From assembly GCA_038212275.1 (NCBI GenBank), contig JBBQUR010000002.1:32001-96000 (forward strand): a DNA stretch of 64,000 nucleotides. The letters are read 5' to 3'. The notes beneath the pieces were generated by a model. It saw only the letters and a list, made by a program, of their open reading frames with translations, had not been told where the DNA came from and did not search any database. The position numbers and the translations under genes are program-made. This document shows, in pieces, positions 17,090 to 25,885 of this stretch (positions are counted from its first letter, which is position 1; every line of letters begins with the position of its first letter). Source of the DNA: Planctomycetota bacterium. Lineage in GTDB: Bacteria > Planctomycetota > B15-G4.

Positions 17090-18623
17090 CGACGCGGCCG
17101 GCGGACCCATCGCCACGCGGCCCCAGCAGATGCACTGGTCGCTGACACGCCGCATGGCGCTGATCTTCGCGCTGACCACCACCATGATCATCACGATCTT
17201 CGGCGTGTGGAACGGATTCCTGCTCTGCACCGCGCTGCGCACCGAGATGACGGAACTCATCGAGCACGAGACCCGCGAGCTGGTCCTCGAACTGGAGGAT
17301 TCGGACGGCAGCGAGGCCGCCGTGCGCGAACACGTGAGCGACGTGGAACAGGTCTTCGTGAAGCCCGCGTGCGCCTACATCGTGCGCAATCGCCGGGGAG
17401 AGCTCATCGCCCAGGCCGGCAAGGAGCGCCTCCTCCACGCCGAGACGACGGAGATCCCGCCTGGCGCGACCCCCAGCCTGTCGCAACTCATGGGCACCGC
17501 TCCGTTGAGCTCAACGCGGCAGGTGACCGGCCACGACCTCGAGGTGCAGGTGATCGTCGACGGAGCGCCGACGCGCGCCACGCTGCTCACGTTCCTGCGC
17601 TCGATGGTGGTGTCCTTCCTCGTGGCGCTCGGACTGGCCGCGCTCGCGGGCTGGTACACCGCGTGGCGCGGCCTCGCCGGCCTGCGCGCGCTGGTCGCCC
17701 AGACGCGCATCATCGATGCGCACTCGATGCAGCAGTCCGGCTCGCGCCCGCGGCTGCAGCTCGATGGTGCGCCGCAGGAACTGCACCGTCTCGGCGAGGA
17801 GCTGGACGCGATGTTCCAGCGCATCGACGACGGCCTCGGACAGATGCGCACGTTCACGGCCGGCCTCGCGCACGAGCTGCGCTCGCCGCTGCAGAACCTC
17901 ATCGGCGAGACCGAGGTCGCGCTCATGTCGCCGCGCGAGAGCGACGAATACCGCGCGCTGCTGCACAGCAATCTCGAGGACCTGTCGGACCTGTCCGACG
18001 CCATCGACAACCTCATCACCTGGTGCCGCACGAACGACCCGGGCCGGCAGAAGGGCGCGCACGAGTCCTTCGACCTCGCGGCGGAATCCCGCCTGCGCCT
18101 GCAGCGCGAGCGCCGCTCGGCGGAACGCGACGGCGTGACGCTGGAGTTCGACGCGACAGGCGATACCACGCTCGTGGCGGACCGCGAGGCCGCCTTGCGC
18201 GTGCTGCGCAACCTCGTCGCCAATGCCATCGCCTGGAGCCCGCGGGACAACGTCGTGTCCGTGCGCATCGATGGCCAGTCGGACCGCGTGGCCATTCGCG
18301 TCGAGGACAGGGGGCCGGGCATCCCGCCGGAACTGGGCGAGCAGATCTTCCTGCCCTTCATCAGCGGGCGCCAGCAGCGCGGGCGCCGCGGGGGCTATGG
18401 CCTGGGCCTCGCCATCTGCCGCTCCATCATGACCGACCACGGCGGCAGCCTGCACTACGAGGCGCGCGAACAGGGCGGCACGCGTTTCACCGCGGAGTTC
18501 CCGCGCGTCGCTCGGGCGCCGGGCGCCACGCGCAGCGCCGCGTCCTCGGATCGGAACGGTCAGCGCGGAACGAGCCGCACCACGTCGGCCGGTTCGGTCC
18601 TGAGCAGCAGCAGCTCGCCCTGA
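17067..18623 (+). CDS. Sensor histidine kinase (CusS/CzcS-like architecture)
   Basis: Two TM helices, HAMP-like linker, H-box AHELRSPL, N-box NLVANA, G-boxes DRGPGI and GLGLAIC. Confidence 0.92.
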   Translation: MSSPSTPDDAAGGPIATRPQQMHWSLTRRMALIFALTTTMIITIFGVWNGFLLCTALRTEMTELIEHETRELVLELEDSDGSEAAVREHVSDVEQVFVKPACAYIVRNRRGELIAQAGKERLLHAETTEIPPGATPSLSQLMGTAPLSSTRQVTGHDLEVQVIVDGAPTRATLLTFLRSMVVSFLVALGLAALAGWYTAWRGLAGLRALVAQTRIIDAHSMQQSGSRPRLQLDGAPQELHRLGEELDAMFQRIDDGLGQMRTFTAGLAHELRSPLQNLIGETEVALMSPRESDEYRALLHSNLEDLSDLSDAIDNLITWCRTNDPGRQKGAHESFDLAAESRLRLQRERRSAERDGVTLEFDATGDTTLVADREAALRVLRNLVANAIAWSPRDNVVSVRIDGQSDRVAIRVEDRGPGIPPELGEQIFLPFISGRQQRGRRGGYGLGLAICRSIMTDHGGSLHYEAREQGGTRFTAEFPRVARAPGATRSAASSDRNGQRGTSRTTSAGSVLSSSSSP

Positions 18624-20458
18624 CGCTCCAGCGCGCCGCGCACCCGGACCGGCACGGCCACGCGATCGAGCAGCTGGAGGTTCAGCGCCCGGCCGTCGCG
18701 GCCCGTGAGCAGCGGCGTCAACTCCGTGCCGTCCGCGGCGCGCACGCGCAGCAGCGCCGGGATGCCGCCCGACAGGCAGCGCTCGGCGCACGCGCGATGG
18801 CTCGTGCCCTCGGCCGGATTCATCACGCCGAAGTAGCACTTGCTGTCCACGATCTGCCCGACGAGTTCGACCTCGCCCAGCGCGACGAGGGCGCCATCGG
18901 CGGCCGCCGCAGCGCCCAGCTGCGCCTCGCTGGCCGGCACCGGGCGCTCCGCGAGTTCGAGCATGACCTGTCCGCCGCGATAGACGAGTGTGCCGTGCAG
19001 AGCGACGGCCTGCCCGTCGAGTCCTGCGCACAGGGCCTGCGCACCATGCTTGCCCGGCGCCACGAGCAGGTAGCGCGAGACCAGTTCGGCGGGTGCTCCG
19101 GGGCCGGACGAGCCCAGGTCCGTCACGCCGAGGCCGGGCCGGCGCACTTCGAGCAGGGGTTGCGGGCTCTCGTGCAGGACTCCTCTCCACGCGCCGACAT
19201 CCCCGAACTCGAAACGGCTCCCGCGGAACGGCCCCTGGCCCGCGAGCAGCAGCGCGCCGCCTCCCAGCATGACGAGCAGCACGCCGACGACGGCCCGCTG
19301 CACGAAGCGCACCAGGCGTGGCGGCACCGCCGGCAGGTAGCCGACGAAGAAGTCCTCGTCGGGCGCGGGCCTCTTCCCGGTCGCTTCGCCGTCGGCGATG
19401 ACGGGCAGCACCTGCAGCGTCCCGGGCGCGCAGGCCTGCGGGTCGAGCAGCACGCGCCCGCCACGCAGCGTCACGCGATACGTCGGCACGGCCTCCGTGA
19501 ACGGCGGCGGCGAACGGCCGCTCTCCGGCACGTACTGGTAGCCGTGCCACGGGCACACGATGCACCCGTCCTGGATGCGGCCCTCCCCGAGCGGCCCGTT
19601 CTGGTGCTGGCACGCATTGGACAGGGCGGCGACGCGCCCGCCGGTGCGGAAGAGCGCCACGCGCTCGCCGCCGACGTTCAGCACGCGGCCGCGCCCTTCG
19701 CGCAACTCGTCCACCGCGCAGACGTCGAGCAGCGCGCCGTCCGCCCCGCCCTGGCCCGCTGCGGCGGCCGAGGTCGCGGCGGAGTTCGAGGTCGCGTCCA
19801 CGCGGTGCTCCTTTGCGGCAGCGAGCAGGTGCAGCGCGCACAGCAGCACGACTCCTGCGCCCAGCACGAGCGCGAGCGGAGCGCCGACCTCGTCCTGCAG
19901 CACGCCGAGGCCCACGTGCACCAGCACGAGCCACCAGGCCAGATACACGGCCATGTGCAGCGCCTTCCACACGGGCGCCGTGAGATTCACCAGCCAGAAG
20001 TCGTGGCTCGTCGCGGCCATGAGGAACAGGATCAGCAGGGCTGCCGCGCCGAAGGGCTGGAAGGGCCACTCGGAGACGACCGACCAGCGTCCGCCCGTGG
20101 TGAGCAGCGAGACGAGCGGGTTGCTGTCCCCCAGCGCGTGGTACTGCAGCAGCGCGAAGCCGCCATGCAGCAGCGCGACGGCAAACATGGTGACGCCGAG
20201 GTGGCGCCGGTTGTAGAGCAGCGGCAGGAAACGGCGGTCGAGGCGGCACAGCGGCCCGATGGCGAGGATCACGTGCAGCAGGAGCAGCGCGCAGCTTCCC
20301 GCCGCACGGATGACCGCGGTCTCGAGCGTGACCGCGGGGTACAGGGCGAGCATGCCGCCCGCAAACAGGACGAGGTACGAGAGCGTGGCGCCGAGAAGCA
20401 CGCCGTCGTACAGGCGCTTGCTGCGATTCCAGCCGACGGCGCGATAGCCGACGCTCAC
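18560..20458 (-). CDS. Ferric-reductase-like TM domain + Rieske 2Fe-2S domain + Cys-rich C-terminal domain fusion
   Basis: YNRRHLGV and WKALH haem-ligand helices; Rieske CQHQNGPL...CPWHG; C-terminal DSKCYFGVMNP...HRACAERCLSGG; GTGA coupling to the upstream gene. Confidence 0.82.
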   Translation of the reverse strand: MSVGYRAVGWNRSKRLYDGVLLGATLSYLVLFAGGMLALYPAVTLETAVIRAAGSCALLLLHVILAIGPLCRLDRRFLPLLYNRRHLGVTMFAVALLHGGFALLQYHALGDSNPLVSLLTTGGRWSVVSEWPFQPFGAAALLILFLMAATSHDFWLVNLTAPVWKALHMAVYLAWWLVLVHVGLGVLQDEVGAPLALVLGAGVVLLCALHLLAAAKEHRVDATSNSAATSAAAAGQGGADGALLDVCAVDELREGRGRVLNVGGERVALFRTGGRVAALSNACQHQNGPLGEGRIQDGCIVCPWHGYQYVPESGRSPPPFTEAVPTYRVTLRGGRVLLDPQACAPGTLQVLPVIADGEATGKRPAPDEDFFVGYLPAVPPRLVRFVQRAVVGVLLVMLGGGALLLAGQGPFRGSRFEFGDVGAWRGVLHESPQPLLEVRRPGLGVTDLGSSGPGAPAELVSRYLLVAPGKHGAQALCAGLDGQAVALHGTLVYRGGQVMLELAERPVPASEAQLGAAAAADGALVALGEVELVGQIVDSKCYFGVMNPAEGTSHRACAERCLSGGIPALLRVRAADGTELTPLLTGRDGRALNLQLLDRVAVPVRVRGALERQGELLLLRTEPADVVRLVPR

Positions 20459-20949
20459 CGCGCGCCTCCCGCAGCGGGCAGGGCCTCGCGCGCGAGCACC
20501 GTCTGGTGGCCGAGGCTGTAGAGCCACCATTCGTTCGCGTCGGCCGGCAGGGTCCAGCGTCGCGCCAACGTGCCCGAGAGCGCGCCCAGCAGGCGTGCAT
20601 CGGCCGGCAGCGCGGTGTCCGTCGTGCCCGCGCGAGCCGAAGCCTTCGACACGGCGTAGACGAGGACATCCGGCTCGAGCAGTGGTTCTTCGGGCTGTAA
20701 TTCCAGCAGGCGTGCACCGCCCGGGCCGTCCACCGACACCCGGACGGCCAGTTTCAGCGGCAGCAGCAGCGGAGCGCCGTCGAGATCCGCCACGGCGCCG
20801 AGGCCCGCGCGCACCTCCTGGGTGAGCGCCGGCGCCACCTCCGACGGACGCGCCGCGCGGACGCGCAGCGCGACGATCAGCACCACCGGCGCCAGCAGCG
20901 CGAGCATCCGCCAGACGATGAGGTGACGACGGCGCAGCCTGCCGATCAC
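20455..20949 (-). CDS. Hypothetical membrane-anchored protein in the Rieske operon
   Basis: LRRRHLIVWRMLALLAP N-terminus; PDVLVY and LYSLGH motifs; 4-nt overlaps with both neighbours. Confidence 0.7.
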   Translation of the reverse strand: MIGRLRRRHLIVWRMLALLAPVVLIVALRVRAARPSEVAPALTQEVRAGLGAVADLDGAPLLLPLKLAVRVSVDGPGGARLLELQPEEPLLEPDVLVYAVSKASARAGTTDTALPADARLLGALSGTLARRWTLPADANEWWLYSLGHQTVLAREALPAAGGAR

Positions 20950-21176
20950 GCGTCGCGCCCGTGCGCAGGCTCGCGACCGCAGGCCCACCAGCGCCTGAGG
21001 AGCAGCGGCCACAGTGCCACGGCGCCCGGAAAGATCGCCGCGCGGAAGCCCGGCGTGCCGGTGTGTGCGGCCGGATCGATGCGTTGCGCGCCGCGCGTGA
21101 CGAAGGCCAGGGCAAACACCACGCCAAGCGCTGCATAGGCGCCCAACGCGACGACGATGTCAGCAGCCACGTTCAC
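20946..21176 (-). CDS. Small membrane protein, first gene of the Rieske operon
   Basis: 76 aa, two hydrophobic segments, GxxRIDPAA...GFR..IFPG...LWP; GTGA overlap with the next gene. Confidence 0.7.
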   Translation of the reverse strand: MNVAADIVVALGAYAALGVVFALAFVTRGAQRIDPAAHTGTPGFRAAIFPGAVALWPLLLRRWWACGREPAHGRDA

Positions 21177-21374
21177 GCGGATCGGATGCTCCGGGTCGTC
21201 AGGAGGTTACGCCTCCGAGGGCTTCCGAGGAATTGTCGCCGTGTCGTTTGAAGCGCGACCTGTGCACGGTGCGACGATCGACTTAGGCTGCGCGCGTTTC
21301 ACGATCGGGTTCCGCGCCTTCCTGCCGCCTCGACTCCGTCCGAGATCACCCGCACCATTGTCCCGGAGACTCCC

Positions 21375-22511
21375 ATGAAATACGCCCTCTCCCTGCTCCT
21401 CTGCCTTGCCCTCTTTGCGACGGAGGCCTCGGCGCAGACGACCTTCCGCGCCAACCTCGACGGCTTCCAGGAGACGCCGGCCATTCCGGGCACCAAGGCC
21501 GGCGGCTACGTGCTGCTCACGCTGAATCCCGCGGGCACGCTCACGTACGACCTGCGCACCTTCGGCCTCTCCGCCACCGCAGCGCACATCCACAAGGGCG
21601 CCGTCGGAGTGGCAGGCGGCATCGTCTTCCCGCTCACCGGCGGACCGACCGTCTTCACCGGCACGACCGCCGCGCTGACCGCGGCTCAGGAGGTCGACCT
21701 GCGCGCCGGCCTCTACTACGTGAACGTGCACACGGTCGACCACCCCGGCGGCGAGATCCGCGGCCAGGTGGCGCTGTCCCCGAACACCTTCGGCGCGCGC
21801 CTCGACAACCTGCAGGAAGTGCCCGCCAACGCGTCCCTGGCGCGGGGTCATGCGGTCTTCACCGTGAACCCCGACATGACGCTGACCTACCTGGTCACGA
21901 CGACGGGCCTCGTGGGCGGCACAAACGCTCACATCCATTCCGGAAGCTTCGGCAACGGAGGCGGCATCGAGGTGGTGCTGCTCGGCGGCCCGACGACCTG
22001 GTCCGGCACCTCACCAGCGCTCAGCGAGGGGCAGATCGAACTGCTGCAGAACCTCGGGCTTTACGTCAACGTGCACACGATCGGGAAGCCTGCCGGCGAG
22101 ATCCGCGGCCAGATCGTGCCGAGCGGCTCGATCTACGGGCCGAACAGCAACCCGCCCACGGGCACGATCGTCCTGGCCAGCACGGGCGCCCCGACCGACG
22201 TCGGCGGTGGCGGCACGTTCACGCTGAACATCACCGGCGGCAAGCCGTTCGGCTCCGGCAGCCTCGCGGTCAGCCTCGGGGATGCCGCGACGCTCATCCA
22301 CAGCGAGCCGCTGCTGGTCAACATCGGCTCGCTGCTGACGCTCATCGCGCTGCCGCTGGACGGAACTGGCAGCCTCACCATCCCGGCGACCACGCCGGCT
22401 CTGCCGGCGAGCATCGACATCGACTTGCAGTTCTTCGGCTTCGACAACACCGCGGTGAACGGGTCGTTCAACTCGTCCAACGGTCTGAAGATGACCATGC
22501 AGCACTTCTGA
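21375..22511 (+). CDS. Secreted double-CHRD-domain protein with a divergent C-terminal module
   Basis: GGAG RBS; signal peptide; two AHIH.G...LYVNVHT...GEIRGQ CHRD motifs; tail Q.FGFD...SNGLKMT. Confidence 0.88.
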   Translation: MKYALSLLLCLALFATEASAQTTFRANLDGFQETPAIPGTKAGGYVLLTLNPAGTLTYDLRTFGLSATAAHIHKGAVGVAGGIVFPLTGGPTVFTGTTAALTAAQEVDLRAGLYYVNVHTVDHPGGEIRGQVALSPNTFGARLDNLQEVPANASLARGHAVFTVNPDMTLTYLVTTTGLVGGTNAHIHSGSFGNGGGIEVVLLGGPTTWSGTSPALSEGQIELLQNLGLYVNVHTIGKPAGEIRGQIVPSGSIYGPNSNPPTGTIVLASTGAPTDVGGGGTFTLNITGGKPFGSGSLAVSLGDAATLIHSEPLLVNIGSLLTLIALPLDGTGSLTIPATTPALPASIDIDLQFFGFDNTAVNGSFNSSNGLKMTMQHF

Positions 22512-22780
22512 GGCCGCGGAAGCTCGGCGGGGACTGCTCCGGAGTGCCCGGAAGCGCCGAGGCAGTCCCCGCAGCGCCCCCTGAACAACCGCCGGCAGCG
22601 CTTCCGGAGCCGGGTCGCACCTTTGCGGCGCGACGCCGGTTCAAGCACAGCGCGCGCGGAGGACGGGCAGCGACGATCTGCAACTCGTTTCGCACCCCCC
22701 CTCACCCGTCCTCCGCGCGACTCTTCGGTCACGCGCGCGCCGCTCTTCCATTGCGCTTTGCTTTTGCTAGAAACGGGGAC

Positions 22781-23644
22781 ATGAACGCACCTTCCAAGAT
22801 CCGCCTGTTGTTCGTCCCCGTTCTCCTCGCGCTGCTGACCGCACAAGCAACGGCGCTCTCCAACACGCAGAAGGGGAAGTCCAATCTCGTGCGCTTCGAT
22901 CCGGATGCGCCATTGGCGCTGCCGCCCGACACCGACGCGAAGGGCACGTTCCAGATCGAGACCAAGACGAGCACCGGCCGCGACCGGCTCACGGTCCTGG
23001 TCAAGAAGGTGAGTTCCACGCAGACCTACGACCTCTGGATGGAAGACCCCGAAGATCTCGGCGGCCCGCTCGTGAACGTGGGCACGCTGGTCAAGAGCGG
23101 CAGTTCACAGAAGCTGAAGCTCGACACCGACAAGGGCGACTCGCTCCCCTTCGGTGAGGACAGTTTCGACAACCTGATCGGCCTTCAGGTCGAGGTGCGC
23201 GTCGGCTCGGCCGTCTACCTGAGCTGCATCGTCCCGTCCTTCGACGGCGAGAAGAAGACGCTCAAGGCCAAGCAGGACCTCGGCTTGGCGCTGAACTCGC
23301 CCGACAGCAACGGCAAAGGCGAGTTCGAACTCTCGGGCAAGGCCAGCAACGACGACCAGCGCATCCGCGTGAAGGTCAAGGCGATCGACTTCGACAGCCA
23401 CACCTTTTCCCTTTGGATCCAGCACGACGCGGACAACGATCCCAAGTCGCCGGACATTTTCGAAATTGCCGGCGTGTTCACGCGCAAGAACAGCAACTCG
23501 GGCGAGTTCGAGCGCCGCACCAGCAAAGGCGCTCCGCTCCCCTTCGGCGACCTCTCGGCCGCAGACTTCTCCGGCCGCGTGATGGAGGTCCGCGACCAGA
23601 ACGATGTCGCGTACCTGAGCGGGCTGATTCCGCAGCTCAACTGA
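22781..23644 (+). CDS. Secreted hypothetical protein with two internal repeats
   Basis: Signal peptide ATA-L; two units ending TxKGxxLPFG...VEVR...YL...(V/I)P. Confidence 0.75.
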   Translation: MNAPSKIRLLFVPVLLALLTAQATALSNTQKGKSNLVRFDPDAPLALPPDTDAKGTFQIETKTSTGRDRLTVLVKKVSSTQTYDLWMEDPEDLGGPLVNVGTLVKSGSSQKLKLDTDKGDSLPFGEDSFDNLIGLQVEVRVGSAVYLSCIVPSFDGEKKTLKAKQDLGLALNSPDSNGKGEFELSGKASNDDQRIRVKVKAIDFDSHTFSLWIQHDADNDPKSPDIFEIAGVFTRKNSNSGEFERRTSKGAPLPFGDLSAADFSGRVMEVRDQNDVAYLSGLIPQLN

Positions 23645-23685
23645 CGAGGCGAGGGGCGGGCGCGGTTGAGGCGGGCGCGCTTCGG

Positions 23686-23908
23686 GCGCGGTTTCGCTGG
23701 GCCGGGCGCTGCCCCTTGGGGCGAGGTGAGAGGGAGTCGTGTGGAGCGGGGTGTGCGCGGCTCGGGAGGCTTGCCCGGCGCTGCGCCCCTTGGGCAACTG
23801 GACGCGTAAGGATTCCGGGAGCGGCGCCCTTCGCGCCGGACAAGACTCCCGATCCGCGCAAGCCGAGGTACGAGTCTCCGTGCCATGCGAAGCGGGGCAG
23901 CGCCCGGC
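23686..23908 (+). repeat. Structured intergenic element, copy B1
   Basis: Perfect 15-bp closing stem 23701-23715 / 23894-23908; inner stem TGCGCGG-C-TCGGGAG / CTCCCGA-T-CCGCGCA. Confidence 0.85.
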
Positions 23909-24199
23909 TGACGCTGCACCGCGCGTGAAGTGCGTCCTTGGTTTGGAACGCATCCTCCGCAACCCGATAGCGGCGTGGCCGCAACGCGGTCAAGCAACGC
24001 GTGATCGTGGATAGAGGAAGGGCGGGCGGCGTGGCGCAACTCACGCGCTTCGCGGCCCCGCACGAGTCGGCAGCGCCCTCGCCACGAGGGGCTGTCGTCA
24101 TTCGCTCTTGGCTGCTGACCTTGCCACGGAGCACTCCGGGCGCGCTCGCAGTCCAAGCGTTCAACTTCTCCAAGCGTGGGACGGCGTCGTGGAGCGCGA

Positions 24200-24434
24200 G
24201 CGCCGGGGGTGCTGCCCACCTCGCCCGGCACGGAAGTCCGTGTCTCGGCGGCGCGGATCGGGATGCTTGTCCGGCGCGAAAGGCGCCGCTCCCGGAATTC
24301 TGACGCGTCCTGTTGCCCCAGGGGCGCAGCGCCGGGCAAGCCTCCTGAGCCGCGCACACCCCGCACCACACGACTCCCTCTCACCTCGCCCCAAGGGGCA
24401 GCACCCCCGGCGCGGAAGCGGAACAAAGCCGCCC
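24200..24434 (-). repeat. Structured intergenic element, copy B2 (inverted relative to B1)
   Basis: Perfect 18-bp closing stem 24200-24217 / 24396-24413; 24251-24402 is the reverse complement of 23708-23859 with 9 mismatches in 152 nt (manual count). Confidence 0.88.
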
Positions 24435-24456
24435 CCCGGCCTCGTCCCGTCCAGTC

Positions 24457-25374
24457 TCAGACCAGCAGCTTCTTCGTCCTGAAGTGCGTGCCGCCCTCGA
24501 GGAAGGCCACGCTGGCGACGACCTCGCCGTCCACCCACGCGAAGCAGGGGTCGGCCATCACGAAGCCCGGAGGCGTGCGCAGCGTCTGGCCGCGCACGAG
24601 GCGGTTGCGCTGGTGCAGCGGCACGTTGATGCGCGGCAGGTCGGCCATGGCCGGCTCGATGCCGATGATGTGCGATGCGTCCACCTCTTCGGGCAGCACG
24701 GCCGTGGACAGGTCGAGCGCGCCGACGTGCGTGCGCACGAGCCGCGACATGTAGCCGCCGATGCCGAGGCGATTGCCGAGATCGCGCGCGATGCCGCGGG
24801 CATAAGTGCCCGACGTGCAACGCAGGTGCAGGTCCAGCAGCGGCCACTCGTAGCGGTCGAGTCGCAGCTCCAGCACGGTGACCGGGCGCGGCGCGGCTTC
24901 CACAGGATTGCCCTTGCGCGCTTCGCGGTGCATGCGACGACCGTCCACCTTCACGGCGCTGTACGTGGGCGGAATCTGCATGATCTCGCCGCGGAACTCC
25001 GGCAGCGCGGCTTCGATCTGCTCACGCGTCGGCGGCGTCACCTCGCCGCTCGAGACGATCTCGCCCTCGGCGTCGTCGGTGTCGCTGCGCGCGCCCAGCG
25101 TGACGGTCATGTCGTAGACCTTCTCGCCGCGCACGATGAGGTCCTGCACCTTGCGCGCCTTGCCGACGACGAGGATCAGCACGCCCGTGGCAAGCGGGTC
25201 GAGGCTGCCGCAGTGCCCGAGCGCACCGAGGTTCAGCCGCTTCTCGACGATGTTGAGCGCCTTGCGCGAGGTCAGTCCCTGCGGCTTGTTGACCACGATG
25301 AGGCCGCGCGGAATGTCCTCCGCCTGCGCCTCGCCCGAGGACTGGGAATCAAAGTGCTGCGGGGCTTGTGACAT
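24457..25374 (-). CDS. truB: tRNA pseudouridine(55) synthase
   Basis: VNKPQGLTS, GHCGSLDPLATGVL (catalytic Asp), QIPPTYSAVKVDG, CTSGTYAR. Confidence 0.95.
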   Translation of the reverse strand: MSQAPQHFDSQSSGEAQAEDIPRGLIVVNKPQGLTSRKALNIVEKRLNLGALGHCGSLDPLATGVLILVVGKARKVQDLIVRGEKVYDMTVTLGARSDTDDAEGEIVSSGEVTPPTREQIEAALPEFRGEIMQIPPTYSAVKVDGRRMHREARKGNPVEAAPRPVTVLELRLDRYEWPLLDLHLRCTSGTYARGIARDLGNRLGIGGYMSRLVRTHVGALDLSTAVLPEEVDASHIIGIEPAMADLPRINVPLHQRNRLVRGQTLRTPPGFVMADPCFAWVDGEVVASVAFLEGGTHFRTKKLLV

Positions 25375-25525
25375 GGGGCGGCGCTCGGCGGGTGCGGGCG
25401 GAGGGTCCTGCGCCCTCGACAGGTTGAGGGCACGCGTGAACCGGACGAGGATACCGGGCGGGCGCCGCCCGGCGCGAGGGGTTGCCCGCCGCGGCCGTTC
25501 TCGAGGAGTTCGTGCGGCTCTCGCA

Positions 25526-25654
25526 CGGTCCGGGCGCGGTCCGGGCGCGGTCCGGGCGCGGTCCGGGCGCGGTCCGGGCGCGGTGCGGGCGCGGTGCGGG
25601 CGCGGTCCGGGCGCGGTGCGGGCGCGGTGCGGGCGCGGTCCCCGGGCGCGGTGC
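25526..25654. repeat. Tandem repeat, 11-nt unit CGGT(C/G)CGGGCG, about 11 copies
   Basis: Read directly; intergenic, upstream of truB. Confidence 0.9.
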
Positions 25655-25885
25655 CGGCACCATCCCCGCCGGACGCGCGCGACGGCCTGTACGCGCTGGC
25701 CGATCAGCCCGGTACGGAGCAGGGGACACGGCAGTCAAAGAGGCTCCGGCTCCGGGAGTGTGCGGGACCACCCCGACCGCAGAGCCGCCGTGCCGGGGTG
25801 GTCCAGGGACCCTTCTCCGGCACGGCGCGCTCCATGCGTGTGCCGCCGCCTCGCGGCGACGGCCCTCAGCCTCTGCCGGCGAGCC

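Noticed and set aside
17207..20717. Very long alternative-frame ORFs (1104 aa and 1068 aa; likewise 31214-33913, 33375-36521, 25136-27598)
   Set aside because: Arg/Ala/Pro-rich shadows of real genes, expected in high-GC DNA, with no recognisable motifs.
22527..22572. Terminator or fifth copy of the structured element
   Set aside because: An 11-bp stem is present, but there is no U-tract and none of the element's conserved motifs.
23645..24456. Autonomous IS element
   Set aside because: No transposase-like ORF between the arms and no clear target-site duplication; kept only as a structured repeat.
25526..25654. CRISPR array or coding repeat
   Set aside because: 11-nt contiguous unit; the overlapping ORFs are low-complexity Arg/Gly/Ala translations.
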